This document shows positions 26,842 to 42,800 of a stretch of 64,000 nucleotides of DNA, piece after piece. The position numbers and the translations under genes are program-made. The notes under the pieces were generated by a model. The model was not told the DNA's origin and searched no databases. It saw only the letters and a program-made list of their open reading frames with translations. The DNA comes from Octopus sinensis (Eukaryota). The DNA lies in contig NC_042999.1 of NCBI RefSeq assembly GCF_006345805.1, positions 55,924,001 through 55,988,000 on the forward strand, read 5' to 3'. Position 1 is the first letter of the stretch, and every line of letters starts with the position of its first letter.

Positions 26842-29800
26842 CTGCAACAAAAGAAATATTGATTTTATAAACATATATTGTGCTGGTTTGATATGAAATT
26901 TCCAATCCTAGAGATTATTAAAAAGAAACAGAGTCTATTCAGAGGTAACTTAGTCAAGAAGTTCTCATACCAGATACTTCAAAAATTTGCTGATCTCAAG
27001 GGCAAAACGCTACTGCTATGTATGAGTGTGAGTGTCTGGTAAATCTGATACTATGGAAAATGTACAGGTGGTTACTGAGCTAAAAGAGAGACTCAAAGGG
27101 ATAATGGATATGGACGTTTAACAATTATTTTGATAATTTTTGTGATATCTGAAGTGAGGGAGAAAGGTTGTCCATCTTGGAAGCAGATACAGTACTGCAT
27201 ATCTCCATAGATTGTGGTAGTTCTTTTTTAGAGAGAGGATTATATTTTTGATTTCAGAGATGAAAAAGGGAATTCTGGACGGGATGGTTAAGGGTAATGT
27301 AAGGAACAGATGCCCTGAGAAAATTTTGATGACAAAATAGGAGTTGAGAAGAAAAATTTAGAAGTTGTTGTATATGCACAGTAGGGAGTTGGAAGCAAGC
27401 CAAGTATAAAAAGAAGTGGTTTTTATCAGTAAGAGTGTAATCTACAAAAGTATCTTGGTTAGAGAGTGGTGGATAAGAGGTTTTTGCAAAGTGAGCCAGA
27501 ATCCCTAGCAGCAATTTCAGAGTTAAGTAAGTTTCAAAATTGTGAAGTGTACAAAGAAATAGCAAGAAATTTTCTGATTTTGGTTTATTATTTTTAATAT
27601 TAATGAGAACATTAGTTTACTAACCTCTTCGCCTCGCACGATTTTCCTGCTTGTAATGATAATAATTTTACTTTCTTTTTCAAAGGGCACAACTTCAGCT
27701 ACACAGTTGGGATTGCATGAATGGTTGATGTAACGAGCTAAGCCTCCAACCATTGTGGCATCTATAACTGTGTCTGTATCACTGCGGAACATGTAGACAC
27801 CACGATTCTGAAAAACAGCATAAACGGATACATATTCAAGAACATGAAATACAATCCCTAATTCTTTTTTTTTTCTGTTTTTCTCAGCTTCATCAGCAAG
27901 ATTATATCAGCAGATTTTTTTAAGACCATATAAAAAGCTTTTAAAATCCTTGCTTGCTTGTGTGAGACAAGTACATTGTGACAAAGTATTCTACAGCTGG
28001 ATGCCCTTATGACACCCACCACCTATTTGCAAGCAAGGTAATAATCTCCTAGAGTATCAAACAACAAAAAGTCTAGACATAGTTACACAACAACCGGAAA
28101 TGACATATGAACGAGTCTTTTGTTTCCAAAGGTCATGCAACACATTAAGAAACTTGACCATTCTTTTGCAGTGGATTACAAGCAAATGATACTGTCCACA
28201 TGAAGAGCAAAACTATTGTTTACAACCAATAAACACAAAGGAAGAAAAAAGAACTATGAACTCCATCCCCACCCCCACACACATATATGACAGGCTTCTT
28301 TCAGTTTCTATCTAAGTCTACTCACAAGGCTTTGATCAGACCAGAGCTACAAGTAGAAGACACTTGCCCAATATGCCATGAAGGTTTATCTGTCTTTTTC
28401 AAGCAAAAAAATAATGCTTGTTTCTATACTGATGTTAATGCACTCATACAAAAACTAGGACACATGCATGTGACTAAAAAATGGAGATTGCTTATAGATA
28501 TGAGTAAGGTTAGCCTCAAAGCTGTGTTGTTATATAATGGTAATGAAAAAACCTTCCATTCCTGTGGGTCATGCTGTCAGTATGGAAAAAACTTATGAAT
28601 CGATGGAACCCATTCTGAAAGGAGTTAATTACTCAATTCATAAGTAGAATATTTGTGGTGATTTAATGATTTCCCTCCCGCTAGGACTGCAGCTAGGATA
28701 TACTAAAATATATGCTTCTTGTGTGGAACAGCCACGACGACAGCAATCATTACATTGTAAAATAGTGATCTAAAAGAGATGAGTGCATAGTTGGTTGGTA
28801 CAATGTGCAGCATATGCCACTGGTAAACCCACAAAAGATTTTCCACCCATTCACATCAAACTCAGCCACAAGAAAAAACTTCATAAAAGTAATGACACAT
28901 GATGGTTGTGACTTCCAGTACCTAAAAGTAAAATTTGGTGTAGAGAAAAGTGACACAAAACTGAAAGCCGGCATTTTCATTGGACCTGAGATCAGAGAAT
29001 TGATGTCTGATAGCAAATTCAGAGATAAAACTGAATATAGTTGAGCTGATGGCATGGGATTCATTTGTGTTAGTCGTACAGAACTTTCTCGGAAATCATA
29101 GAGCTGAAAACTATGCTGATTTAATAAACAACATGCTAACAGAGCATGAAAGAACAGGATGCTGAATGTCCCTTAAAATGCACATTTTGCATTCTCATCT
29201 CGATTTTTTTCCAACGAATGTTGGTGCCATTAGTGATGAGCATGGTAAAAGGTTCCACCAAGACGAGATGGAAATGAGGTATCAAGGCCAGTTCAATCCA
29301 CACATGATGAGTGACTACTGCTGGCTCCTACAATGAGAGACCAGCACGATGCACAAGAGCAAGTGTTTCAAACATTACTGAACTGAGCTTATCAAAAATA
29401 AAGTGAATATTCCCTTAACATAAATATACTATATACAGTACTAATATACTATTATAATAATTATTTACCTTGAACTAAACAATTCCTGACACTAATATAG
29501 TATTAATATATAATTATGCACATAACTCAAAATCCTGATGTGCTTCTTTATAACATCAGCAGTTAGTAGTGCTAACAAAGGACAGTACAAATTTATCTAA
29601 TCACTTGTCAGCATATAAATATAGACAGAAAATTAATGTAGAAAAATTGTTTTCCTTACTTTCATAGCAGCTTATAATGGAGATACTAGTAAGTCATAAA
29701 AGATAATCATTAGCTAAATATTGATAACTGATTTTCAACATCTCAATAACATTCTCTTTTGACTTACCTGTAGAGAGCAATCTAAAATTATTCATATCTA

Positions 29801-32800
29801 ATTTCTAAAACTGATTTTTCAGTTAATTAAACAGATTAAGATTATTCTCTTTCCCACTTCCAAGCACACACAGTTTAAGATACAAGTAAAAAATGTCAAA
29901 AAAATTAAACAATTTTTTATAATTACAACTATATTTATCAAAATATTAAAAAATTTTAAACTTTTATTCTCAAACATGAGACACAAATAACCAAAGAACC
30001 AAAGGTAATTAAAGTTAGATAAATTTGAGTTAATACCTGAGCTTCATATACTATTTCTCTTTTGTTGGCAACTTCATTACGTATCAAGTCTCCAATGTAT
30101 TCAATCACCATTGTATGTTTGTCCAAATCTCGTGCAGAAAAAAGACCAAGGCCCTATAATAACAAAAAATTACAAAGATTATAAAACTTTTAACTAGTAA
30201 AATGAAAAAAAAAATTATAATTTTAAGTAAATCAAAATAACATACTTGTATCCTGGAACGAGCTAAATAGACATTATTCCTCCATTCTGTTTTCAATCTT
30301 CTATATTGTTGAGATTTGGAATGAACAAATTGCTTCATGTAAGGGGAATTAACATCACCACTGACACCTGTCACTGTGGTAGGCAGAGAACGGGAAGTGA
30401 TACTTGTTTGCAATGTATGAGGTCTGCAAAGAAATATAGTTAGAGTAAGGAAAATGATTTCAATCTGGCTTAGTATGTGGGGTAAGATATGATATTTCAG
30501 TAGAAAAAATTGTAAATTTATAAGAATAAAATATTATTCATTAGGTAAATGACCCTGATTGTCAAGCAGAAAAGGTAGAGGCAAGAATACCATACAGTGT
30601 ACCAAGTGCAAGTTATGGACATACAAGAAGTGCAGTGGAATGGGAGGAAGGTTAACAGAGAAAATAGTCTTTGCTTATGGAAAATACACGGAAGCAATAA
30701 ATACTAAAGACACCTAAAAACAGATTTTCTTGAATGCCTTAGAGTCTTTATAGAGGTAGTGGATAGTTTTAGTTACTTAGGTGAACTAATAAGTAGCGGA
30801 GGAAAATGTTCAAAAAGTACAGTTGCTAGAGTAAAAATAAAATAGAGAAGGTTCATAGATCTATTACTCCTGTTGGAACAAAAGATTTTCTCTCTCTCAA
30901 AGCAAATCGTATGATGCTTGTGTACAAACAAAAATGCTACATGGCAGTGAGATATTGACCCTGAATGCAAAGGACAAACAATGACTAAAGAAGAATGAAG
31001 CCAGTATGCTCCATTGCAATGTCAGTGAGCATGTATGACAGGATACTAGTATTTTGAGGGGAAAATAGATCCTCCTTCCGGAATCTCTTCTACCTCTTTC
31101 ACAATACCTACCCGCTCCATACTAACCTCACTTTTACCCTTGTTCGTGATTCACTACACTCACTTCTACCTTTATCTCTAACCATCTGTTACTCTCTTCT
31201 CATACTCTTATAATTACCTACCCTCTGTGTATGTGTGCACACACACAGACAGACACACACATGCATATATTGCAAATATGTATCATCATCATCACTTACT
31301 TGCTTTCCAGGCAGGCATGGATTGGCTGGTTTGACAGGAGCTGGCAAGTTAGAAGACTGCATCAAGCTCTACTGTCTGCTTTGGCATGATTTTTACAGTT
31401 GGAAATCCTTCCTAAAGCCAACCATTTTACAGCATAGACTGGATGTTTGTATATAAATAGTTAATATCTTTTAAGAAAATTTTCCTTTATCAAGTATTTT
31501 TTCATTTTATTACAGAAACTGAAAATTTTCACATACATATCCATCCATTACATTACCCTTGGTCAGCTGGAATCTAGCACCAAATACACATTTGGACAGT
31601 AACCTTCAGTAGGTTGTGCTGTAGGAACTTCCAGTTGTCCTCTATGCTATAGATCTTTAACTTCTTCTTCTCTTTATCAAATGCTTCAACTGAAATTTCT
31701 CTAAACTTCTGACTGTTTACTAGGTTTTGAGCTTCCATATCTTTCTTTTCCAGACTGGTTTGATTCTCTGATCCTATTAACTCAAAGTCTATAGCCACTA
31801 ACCACTAACCTATGTTGGGTTGTACAATTTTCACCAAGGAAACAACTTTGCATTTACAAGCTTCTCTCTATCCCATTTCCTAATGCAGATGTAATCAATC
31901 TGACTAGTGTGCCTACCAGATTCATATGGGATCAGGTGTTTAGCTGGCTGATTTGCTCATGTTAGTGCTGCATCACAGAACTCCAGCAGCCCTCTTCTCT
32001 CCTCATTTCTAGTCCCAAAGCCATGAACCTCATAGAAACCAACAAGATGTAGCCCAATGTGTCCACTGAAGTCACCAGCCACAGTAATAAAGCTACTGTC
32101 ATTCGTCACAAAAGCAATCCATAAAAAAAAGACCTCCTACCTCTGCTGGTGACAAAGTGCCTCTCACTCAGAGTAAAAGGTAGACTGTATGATGCATGTG
32201 TGCGAACAGCTCTGCTACATGGCAGTTAAACATGAGCCATGACTGCTGAGGACATGCGTAAACTTGCAAGGAATGAAGCCAGTATGCTTCGCTGGACGTG
32301 TAATGTCAGTGTGTATACACGACAAAGTGTAAGCACCCTGAGAGAAAAGTATCAGAGGTGGTGTGCAAGAGAAATGACTGTGCTGGTATGGTCACTTGTT
32401 GCAAATGGATGAGGACAGCTGTGTGAAAAAGTGTCACACCCTAGCAATTGAGAGAACCTGTGGAAGAGGTAGACCCAGGAAGACTTGGGATGAGGTGGTG
32501 AAGCACAGCCTTCGAACACTGGGCCCCACTGAGGCAATGACAAATGACTGAGACCTTTGGAGATATGCTGTGCTTGAGAAGACCCAGCAAGCCAAGTGAG
32601 AAGACCCAGCAAGCATAACTGTGGCCTATGCCAGTGCTGTATAACCAGCCCATTTAAGAATACCCTTCAATCATTGGACAATAAACTATGCTTGCAAAGA
32701 CCTGTTGTGGCAAGTGAAATCGCTGTCATGGCCAATGACAGTACTGCCTGATTGGCATCCATGCTAGTGGAGCGTTAAAAGCACCACTCAAGCATGATCA

Positions 32801-35800
32801 TTGCCAGAGCCGCTGACTGGCTCCTGTGCCGGTGGCACATAAAAAAAAAAAAAGCACCATTCCAGCATGGTCATTGCCAGTGCCACCAGACTCACTCCTG
32901 TGCAAGTGGCACATAAAAAGCACCATTTGAGCATGACCGATACCAGTACTGCTTGACTGGCCCTTGTACCAGTGGCACATAAATGCACCCACTACACTCT
33001 CGGAGTGGTTGGTGTTAGGAAAGGCATCCAGCTGTAGAAACTTTGCCAGATCAGATTGGAGACTGGTGCAGCCTTCTGGCTCGCCAGCTGTCAGTCAAAC
33101 CATCCAACCCATGCCAGCATGGAAAGCAGAAGTTAAAAACACACACACACATATATGAAAAAAGAACATGGGTTTGAATCTGGTATTCTTTTATTACATC
33201 TGTTACCTAGCTTACAATATTCAGTAATAAATAATGTTACACTATAAATATAATCTATACATGCACCACATAAGTGCAGCATACATAATTAAGACCAGAC
33301 ACTTCCTCAGACAAGAAATATTTCTTAATTGTGCAATCTGCACTTATGAGGTGCATCAATAGATTGCATTTATAGTGTAGCATCATATGTTCTGAATATT
33401 GTAACAAAAATAATAAAGGAATACCTAGTTCAAGCCCATGTTCTTTTCTAATATTACTGATGTGCTCTTTATATTACATTATAGTCCCCTCAGATTGCAT
33501 AGAAACCTGTGTGTGGGATCATGCAATAGTGAGAATTTCATGTAATTACCAATAAAAGCTGAAACCTGAATAATAAAATTATAGTACACTGAGTACATCC
33601 ATTCCTACTTATATCTATATATACATCTCATTATTGTCATCATTTTAATATCTACTTATCCATGTTACACAAGTCAAAATTTGCTGAGGCAGGTTTTCTA
33701 CAGGACACCCTTCTTGCTGCCAACCCTACTTGTTTCCAAGCAATATTTCTTTATAACTAGACATATTTTTACAGAAGACTGGAAACAAACGACACTGCTT
33801 GTATGACAGTGACACTCATTTACAACTAACATGTGATATCAAAAAAAGGAAACACAAGCACATACACATATGGCTTGTTCCTTTCAGTTTCTGCATATCA
33901 GATCTACTCACAAGGTTTGCTCAGCTTGGGATTATAAAAGACACTTGCTCAAGGTAACACACTAGGACCGAACCTGAAACCATGCAGCTGTGAAAGCAAA
34001 CTTCTAATTCAGACAGACATTATTATTATTATCATTATCATTATTATTGTTATCATTATCATTATTAATTATTATTATTATAGATTAAACATTGTTAATA
34101 ATATTCATGTTAAGTTGAATATAAACCGATGTAAGTACTTCTTGAAGTGAGTTCTTAATTTTGGTTCAGAGCGAGCACAGCCTGTAGGATTTATTGTCAA
34201 GGGCATTTCAATCAGATTTGATCGACCAAATCTGAAATTGTAGTTCTGTAGAAGATCTGTGCCAGGTAACTGCAAGAAACAAGAATTATAAAACATTATA
34301 GTATTGACCAACAGTAGTATTAAAGTATTGTAGAATTATCTATTAATATTCTCGCCATTCCTAAAACCAAAATCAGGAGTAAATGATTACTAATTTCATC
34401 ACAATGTTCATTTATATAAGATTTGTTTAGTATTTTGGTATAAATGAAATTTACAAAATAGCAGTAAACAAACATTTCAAAATAGCAACAAACAAACTAT
34501 TAATTACTACTTACTGACTCAATTACTCTGACAACTGATGGTTCTGTCAAGCCAAAAAGATCATCTCCAGTTATGAAATTTGGGAAGATTTTTACTAGTT
34601 CAGCTTCTTTTCTCATTTTTTGTAAAGCTTCAAGCACATGCATCCACACACCTAAAACAAAAATTTCATAATTTAATAAGCATGAAAACAATTTAACAGT
34701 TTTCATATCAACCCACATAAGACTGCTCCTTGTTTTACGATACAAACTTTCCATTTTAAGAAAGTATTCTAAATTAAAAGCTTCCATGTTAATTTATGTT
34801 CCAAACACTAGCTTAATATTGACAAATTTATTTAACCAAATTCTTCACTATTTTCAAAATTAACTGAAACAGAGGCAGTATATTTTACAGAAATATGGTA
34901 ATAAAAGGGTTAATAAACATGCAGTCAAGATGGAAGCAAATTTTAAGAAAAAATAATTCATATGAATGAATGAATGAATAATCACTGTTATCATCATTCT
35001 CAGTAATCCACTTTTCCATGCTGGTATAGGATGCACAAGTAATCATGGTCTTAGTCAGTTCCTCCTGGATGAATCAGATGGCCACATCACACCCATATAT
35101 TCTAATCTTTGGTCTGGTTTCTATGATCAGAAGCTCTTCCTAATACGAACCACTTTACAGGGTGTAATGAGTGCATTCCATCGCAAAGAAATGTAGGACT
35201 GAAAAGAACCCATGTCTTTACTTGCTTGTCAACCATGTTAAAGAATGTGCTGGAATCATTATATAGGTGCACCAGCACTAGCTTTGTTCTCTGCAAGACT
35301 AGAGAGTCACTCTACAAAATGTTTGACTCTATTCTTTCAAATCAAACATGTTCAAGTGAAGATTAGTGAAAGAAAAAGAAAGCATAAGTATGTATGATAG
35401 AGAGGAAAACAGAGTGACAAGTAATAGGAAGGAGTAACAGAAGGGAGACAGTGGTAGCTATATGTTGATTGTTAGTAAGGAAAGTAGTAAGAGGAATGGC
35501 ATAATGGGATAATTATAATGACATTAAGGGAGAAAGAGTGAGGGAAATCAATAAAGAAGAGCAAAGTTAGGGTACTAAATACAAATACATCTTATGTCTG
35601 TATTTACTGGTATAAAATACAATAAAAAAATAGAATAAAAAAAGTTAATAACTTACATTTTGGTGAATTATCTTTTATTATAACATCTTCAAAACCTTTC
35701 TCTACAATTTTTAATACAAATTCAGGATGACCTTCTTTGTCATGTACACTACATACATAGCGGCATCGCCTATGAAGCTGTCGCATGCTCCAGTAAAACC

Positions 35801-36813
35801 GGGAGCTTTTAAAACCAACCTTAAATATAAATTAAAGTATTCATTTTACTTTTTGTTTTTTTCCAAATGTTTTAGAATAAAATTAGAAAAGGAAATTTAG
35901 AATAGAAATTGCTTAAATCTAAGGTAAAAGAAAGCTTGGAAAATGTGCAACATTAAGGATTATCAAAAGTATTTGGAAACCTACAGAACAAGAGAGAAGT
36001 TTCACCATTTTATTTGAGTAATTATGGTTGAAAACTCAACTTGAAAGAAAATTAAAATATACTGTCAAGTTTTGCTATTTATGAAATTTATTATTACATG
36101 AAATAAATCAGAATGAAATTTGAACTGTTATTTATTACAGAGAAAAATTGTCTGAAGAAATAGCTTCTAGTGTTTGGGTGTCTTTTTTTGTGATAGAATT
36201 AGTGAAAAACGATACTGCACCAATTTGAATGAAATCTTTTAAAAACAACAAACTGTTTAGATTATTATACTTTTCAATTGTAGGTTTAAGTGACTAATTT
36301 TCAGAATCTTTAATCAGAATACCGAATATAAATTCATGGTTAAAAGTAGGTGTGTGCTAATTACCCTAAACAAATTTACGGTAATAGATTCAAAATGTTG
36401 ATGGTAAGTCAAAGTAGAGTTCAAAGAATATTGAGAATGTGAACTAGTCTAGCATACAAATTTGTAAGCTTTTTCTAAGCTTTAAAACTCAATATCCAAT
36501 GTAAGCATATCTGAAAACTTTAATATCTATTTTAATATGAAATCACAGAATGAATGAGTTTCAGTAGATCAAAATAAACATAAAAAACATACTATTTTTT
36601 TTTACCCAATATTTATGTTTTTACAGTATGCCCTAGAGGTATTTTCATTTTAACTTTAGATTTTCATTTTAAGTATAAGAAAAGAAAAAAAGCATTTACA
36701 TACACATACATGCAGCTACACCATTACATCCACTTCCCATATTGGAAATTGATGGATGGATTGTCATGATCTGATCCAGTTCTTACATGGAGTTACTGTC
36801 CTTCAGCGCGCGT

Positions 36814-36865
<52 letters not shown>

Positions 36866-39800
36866 CTTTAAAGTGCCTTGTCTTAAGTTATGCATGCATA
36901 TAACTGCACATATTTACATTTCAAGAAATTATATTAATGTTTGTACATACTGGATAAATGCATTCTCTGGAGTGAAACTTGCCAGTCTGGATCTGATGAG
37001 GTAGAAGCTGTCCCACAGAATGTAATATGAGAGAACCTATGCGTAAAGTAAAGCGGCTATCTTCCTCATGAACCATACTGCAAAATAATTCAAATGAAAA
37101 TACTTTAAGCTGTTCTGTTAATTAAAAACTCAAAATATGATGTTAGCTTACAGTAAATTCCGTAGATTTTATTATAAAAAGTATTAAGTGATAATATCTC
37201 ATATTGCGAAAATTAATGAAATCATAGTTTTATAGGATTTACAAAATTTTCAACCAATTTGCCATGCCTCATAAAAATTAGATAAATAAAAACTGTAAAA
37301 CAAATATTTTATTTTATAATAAACTGAAATAAAACAGATGATTTCTATTAATTTTACATATAGTAATTAATTTTACCTTGCTACTTGTTTTCCTTCTTCA
37401 CGACACACATAAACTCGTCTGAAAACTACTAATGACTTTAATTCATTTTCCTGATTATTCTTTGGAACATGGCTTGGACAAAAGAGTGTCTTTAAAAAAC
37501 AGAAAATTAAGCAAAATCATTAGCCTCAATTAAACTTTGTATCAAGAGGAAAGAGTCATTGATTGTATTATATAAAAATAAACTTGGCAGTGAATTAATT
37601 ATGCCAGTAATCAAGAAACATTATCTGGATAAAGGAACAGATGCAATTAAGAATATAATAAAAAAAATATATGAAAGGAAGCAACTTTCAGGAATTTGTT
37701 GTACTTGATGAAAACTATTTTGCAGATTGTAAAAGGAGGAATAATTAAGATAAAATATAACAAAAATTCTGGTACATTCTATATTCCTCAACTAAACTAA
37801 ATGGTATCCTTCAACATTAGTTTTGTCAATCTACTCTGGCAGTCTATTACAAATAATGTAATAACATGTTTAGCAGAGACACCATAATTCAATCTGGGAA
37901 CAACATACATGGAACAATGTTGTCATTTAAAGAAAAGGGTAGACTAGATTCAGCATGCCTTGCAAAATTACTATTAAAATGTTCTTTTTTAAATCAAATT
38001 ACTTACTTTATCTTGATAAAATACACATCCATCTTTAATAGCACATCCAAGATGATATATATTGGAACATCGGAATTTGAAGCAACCAAGTGTTGCTCCA
38101 TTCTTATGGCAAATAGAACATTCTAGTGAAAGCCCACGTCGATAAGATTGTTCCACATTGATTAGAGCACCATTTAATGTCTCATACACTTCATGAGACC
38201 ACAAGGCACAGTTCAAATGGGTCCATTTGTCAACATCCAAGTTCAATAACCTGCAGATAAAAGTTTTTCAGTTAATTATTTTTTTTAATAGTTTCAGCAC
38301 ACACACACACACACACACACAAGAGTTTCTAAGTAGGATAAAAAGTACATGATACCAATATAGAGTATATTAATTTATTCGTGCTAATCTACCTAACTGT
38401 TACTCTAGAGTTCCCCATAATGTCATGCTAATTCCTCAGATAGAATACACTGGATAAATTTATACTCAGCTTATTTTGCTCAACAAACCAGCTTGACATA
38501 AAGGGAACTACAGAATAACAGTCAACAAGATCAGCCAAAATGAATTATATATGTTGTGCAAATTGTCACATATAAGAATTTATATATCTCAGCCATACAT
38601 AAATATATTAGACAGAGATTGGGAATCATAGATTTGAAGATACTGACAATATGAACAGCCTGAAAATGTTGATCTACAGAAATGGCAAATAAGGCCAAAT
38701 CTTCTGTGCTGACTGAGGGAAATTAACAAAAGGAAGGTAATTAATGCACTTACATGTGCACATGCATGCATATATAATAACTTTTACCATTAATTAATTG
38801 CATGGAAATAAGTTTATTACAAATATACTGTTATAAATAATTTCCTGTCCTGAACTTCCTGTGCAGGTGGCATGTAAAAAGCACTATCTGAACGTGATCA
38901 ATGCCCACTGCCTGGATCCCATGCTGGTGGCATGTAAAAAGTACCATCTGAACGTGGTCAATACCAGTGCTCCCTGACTGGCTGCCGTGCTGGTGGCACA
39001 TAAAAAGCACTATCCAAATGTGATTGATGCTAGGGTCTCCTATTTGTTCATGTGCCAGTGGCACGTAAAAAGCACCCACTACACTCTCAGAGTGGTTGGC
39101 TTAGGAAGGGCTGTAGAAACATTGCCATATCAGATTGGAGCCTGGTGCAGCCGTTGGCTTTCCAGACCTCAGTCAAACCGTCCAACCAATGCCAGCATGG
39201 AAAACGGACATTAAACGATGATGACGGTGATAATGATGAACACAACTGAAAATTAAGGAGAAAATTAACAAAAACAATATTCACCTTGCCGGTCCATTTG
39301 ATGATCCATCTCCATGGGTATGACAAAAGGCACATTTTCGAATATCTTCAAGATTTGGATTTCTAGGAAGGATCACGCCGATTGATTCCCAAAACTTCTA
39401 CAATAAAAAACGATAGAATATATTGCACAATCTTCATATTCTATTTTCTTTTAACAAACTTTTATATCAATAATACCAATTATTAAAATGTCTTCAGTTA
39501 GTTTAGTGAGCTATAACTGAATCTAAACAATCCTACTTCCTACAAAGGTGCATTATTTAGAATCCAGTGGCATTTATTTTTCAGTTGAGAGGCAAATAAC
39601 TGCTGGAACCCAATCCTAATTTTAAAAGAGCACATTTCCAGATTCAATCAATTTAACTTATCAGTTTCTGAAAGAAAACAACTTACAGGATCCAGTTCAT
39701 CTCGTGTTTGTAATTTTAATGTTCCAAAAATTATATCCCACTTTCTCCATCGAACATCTTTCCATTTTTTGGGTGCAGGCTTATGAAGAGAAATAAGAAA

Positions 39801-42800
39801 ACTTAAGAGATTAAAAAAAAAAAGCCAAAGACTGTGAAAAAAAAGGATAAAGATGAATGTTATGAAAAATATTAAAATAACTGATCATCCTAAAATAAAT
39901 AATTTCAAATATTCAATTAGTAAAAGAAGGATAATAAATAACTTCCATCTGAGTTGATGGAAGTGATAGATAGATAGATGATATTCTTGAAACCATTTGG
40001 ATTCATTGCTTTAGTTGAATCCTGCTAATGTTTACTTTGTTTTTTCCAGAACCTCAATAACACCTCGTCATATACTTTTCTTTACAAAAATTGTGTTAAA
40101 GAGAAGTTGAAAGTATGACAAAGAAATGTTCATGACAACTTAGTATATTAATAATTTTAAAAATTAGATCTGAAAACATATGAAGATCTCAATAAACTCA
40201 CTTGTGATGGTACTGGTGATGTTGAAGACATTGACTGTGACTCAACACTGTTGCTACTACTTCTGCGGCGTCGCTTACCACATAGCCTGCTAACACTGTT
40301 AGTAGTAACATTTTCTTCTCTTTTAGCTTGAGGTGATGTGCATTCAGATGCAGCTATAGATGTTGTAGTTTTTGAAATTGCTGTGGTTGTTACAGCCACA
40401 GTAGTTGTGACTGCAGTGGTTGCTGCTGCATCAGCAGTAGAGGTGGTGGTGGTTGTAGCTACAGTGGTAGTAGAAGTTGTAGCAGTTACTGTTCCTCCAA
40501 CTGAACTTACTGTAGTATGATCAGCTAGAGCACTTTTATGTTCAATGATATCACCACCTTCTTTTGTTTCTTCGGGTAAAGCTGAACGATGTGTAATAGC
40601 AAACTGAAGATAACAATTTTTACTGCAAAATGTAATTTCCTCATCCTCAGAATCCTAACAATGAAAAATATTAAAACGGTTTCATGAAAAATTTCAATCA
40701 AACATGATATTTATATGCAATATAAAAAGATTTTAACCAGGGGTTGTAATGTAGTTGATTGGCCTCTTTCAGATAAATGTATTTTGATAATATCTAAAGA
40801 GTTTAACCCTTTCGTTACCAAACCGCCCAAAGTCGCCCGAAAAAAATATTGGTTAATGTGACCAAACCCGCCCGTATTTACCTATTCATATTTAAATGAG
40901 AATATCAGAGCAAATCTCTTTAGTACATTCGTGAAAACACGTATTATACTTCGTAAACATTTCATATACAGTTTTGTACAACGATCGAAGTGTAATTTTA
41001 ATTCCGTGAATTTTGGGAGATTTTTTTCCGAAATTTGTTCCTATTGTGTTTTCAAAATTTGTAATTCTGACAAAAAATGGATACGAATTTCATTATATCA
41101 AGCAGCGAGTCAGAATTCGAAGGATTTTCTACTGAAGACCTTGATAAATCTAACTCTATGACTGAAAAAAAAAGCACGTGGTATTTGATAATGAATCTGA
41201 TGTTTCATTTTCCGAAAGTGAAAACAGTGAATCCAAGAGCTCCGACAGCGATAAAGAAAATGAATTGGCACCTGAATGGAGTGAAAATTTAAAAACTGTG
41301 ATTTTTCTGAAGAAACTGGACCAAGCCACAATCTTTCCCAGGAGAGTAAAGCCTTAGACTATTTCTTTTTACTTTTTCGAATGAGCCTATTTGAAATCAT
41401 TATGGCGGAAACGAACCATTACGCTAAATGTAAACAAAGCGAAATAAAGGATAGTTAGTGGTTTCCCACAACCTTAAATGAAATTAAGACTATTTTGCCA
41501 TAAATATTATTATGGGTATCAGAAAGTTACCCAGAATAACAAATTCTATCGTAAAATTTTGTTGTATACCCAATTGAATATTAGCTAATAACCCATTTTC
41601 TATAGCAATGTTTGAACAAAATTTTAATAATTTTATATTTTGTTGAATTTACCTGTATCTACCTGCAATTAGAGTCACTTTGTGACAACAATTATAGTAT
41701 TGGTTGAGAACATTTCATTAAATTATCTTCCAAAAATCACATTAATATATTGATAAATAAAAAAGTTATAGTTGTTTAATGAAACCAGACTAAATTTATG
41801 ATTATGTTAGAAATTAATTGAAACACATAAGGGGTGTATTTTGGTTAGAAATATAGTAACGAAAGGGTTAAGAAGTAAATCACCAATGTGGATCCCATAC
41901 ATGGTGTTTTTAAGACTCAATTGGGAGGTAGTAAGGTTTCTTTTCCACAAAAGAATTCAAAATGAAAGTTAGGTTCACATCAGCAGTATAAAAGAGTGGA
42001 AAATGTCAGAAATTACACTGTTATTGTGAAGTTAAGGGCCTTGAGTAGATTACTGAATTCTAAGCTCTTAAAGAGGCAAAGAACCAATACAGTGTAATAT
42101 GAGAAGACTGCTGGTGGATTTATATTATCAAACAGAATAACTTATGACCGATACTAAAAAAAAAAAATAATTTAAACTAATAATTTCATGATAATTCTCA
42201 TCATTTTTGGAAATGCCAATAATATCAGGTAAGTTATTACTTTAGGAAAAGTTTTATCCTATTAGTTTGAGGCATATAGTGATGCAAGAACATTGCTTAC
42301 TAAATTGAAATAGTTAACATTTAATTTAAACAAATTTTAAAGGAAAAAAAAAACCGACTTAAATGAAGAAACAATCACCTGTTCTTCTTTTGTAATAAAG
42401 GGTAATTCAGTTTTTTTCTTGCGAATCCCAGGACTTAATACAGCCCAATCACAATGCCGGCAGAATTTAGGCTTTGATTTCACCATGGACTGGATTGATT
42501 GTATACTAACAGCTTCTTCTTTATCTAAAAGTAAATATTATCAAATACAGGAAACATGTTAAAAGCATGTGCATATGCAAACACATACAAAACATATAGC
42601 AACATTATACTAAAATTTACTTTTAAATAACATCAACATTCACAAAAAAAGGTAACTTCATAGTTTCATATTTAATCCTTTAGCATTTAAACTGGCCATA
42701 TCCAGCCCAAATATTCTATCTGTTTCATGCTCAAACCAACCAGATCTGGCCCTTCACACATACCCTACAATGTCACTCTAAAACTAAACAATCACATCAT

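Noticed and set aside
32760-33000. Roughly 60-bp periodic repeats (also 38855-39075) resembling a CRISPR array
   Set aside because: The units are degenerate along their whole length, lie in a LINE 3'UTR, have no cas genes nearby, and the DNA is eukaryotic
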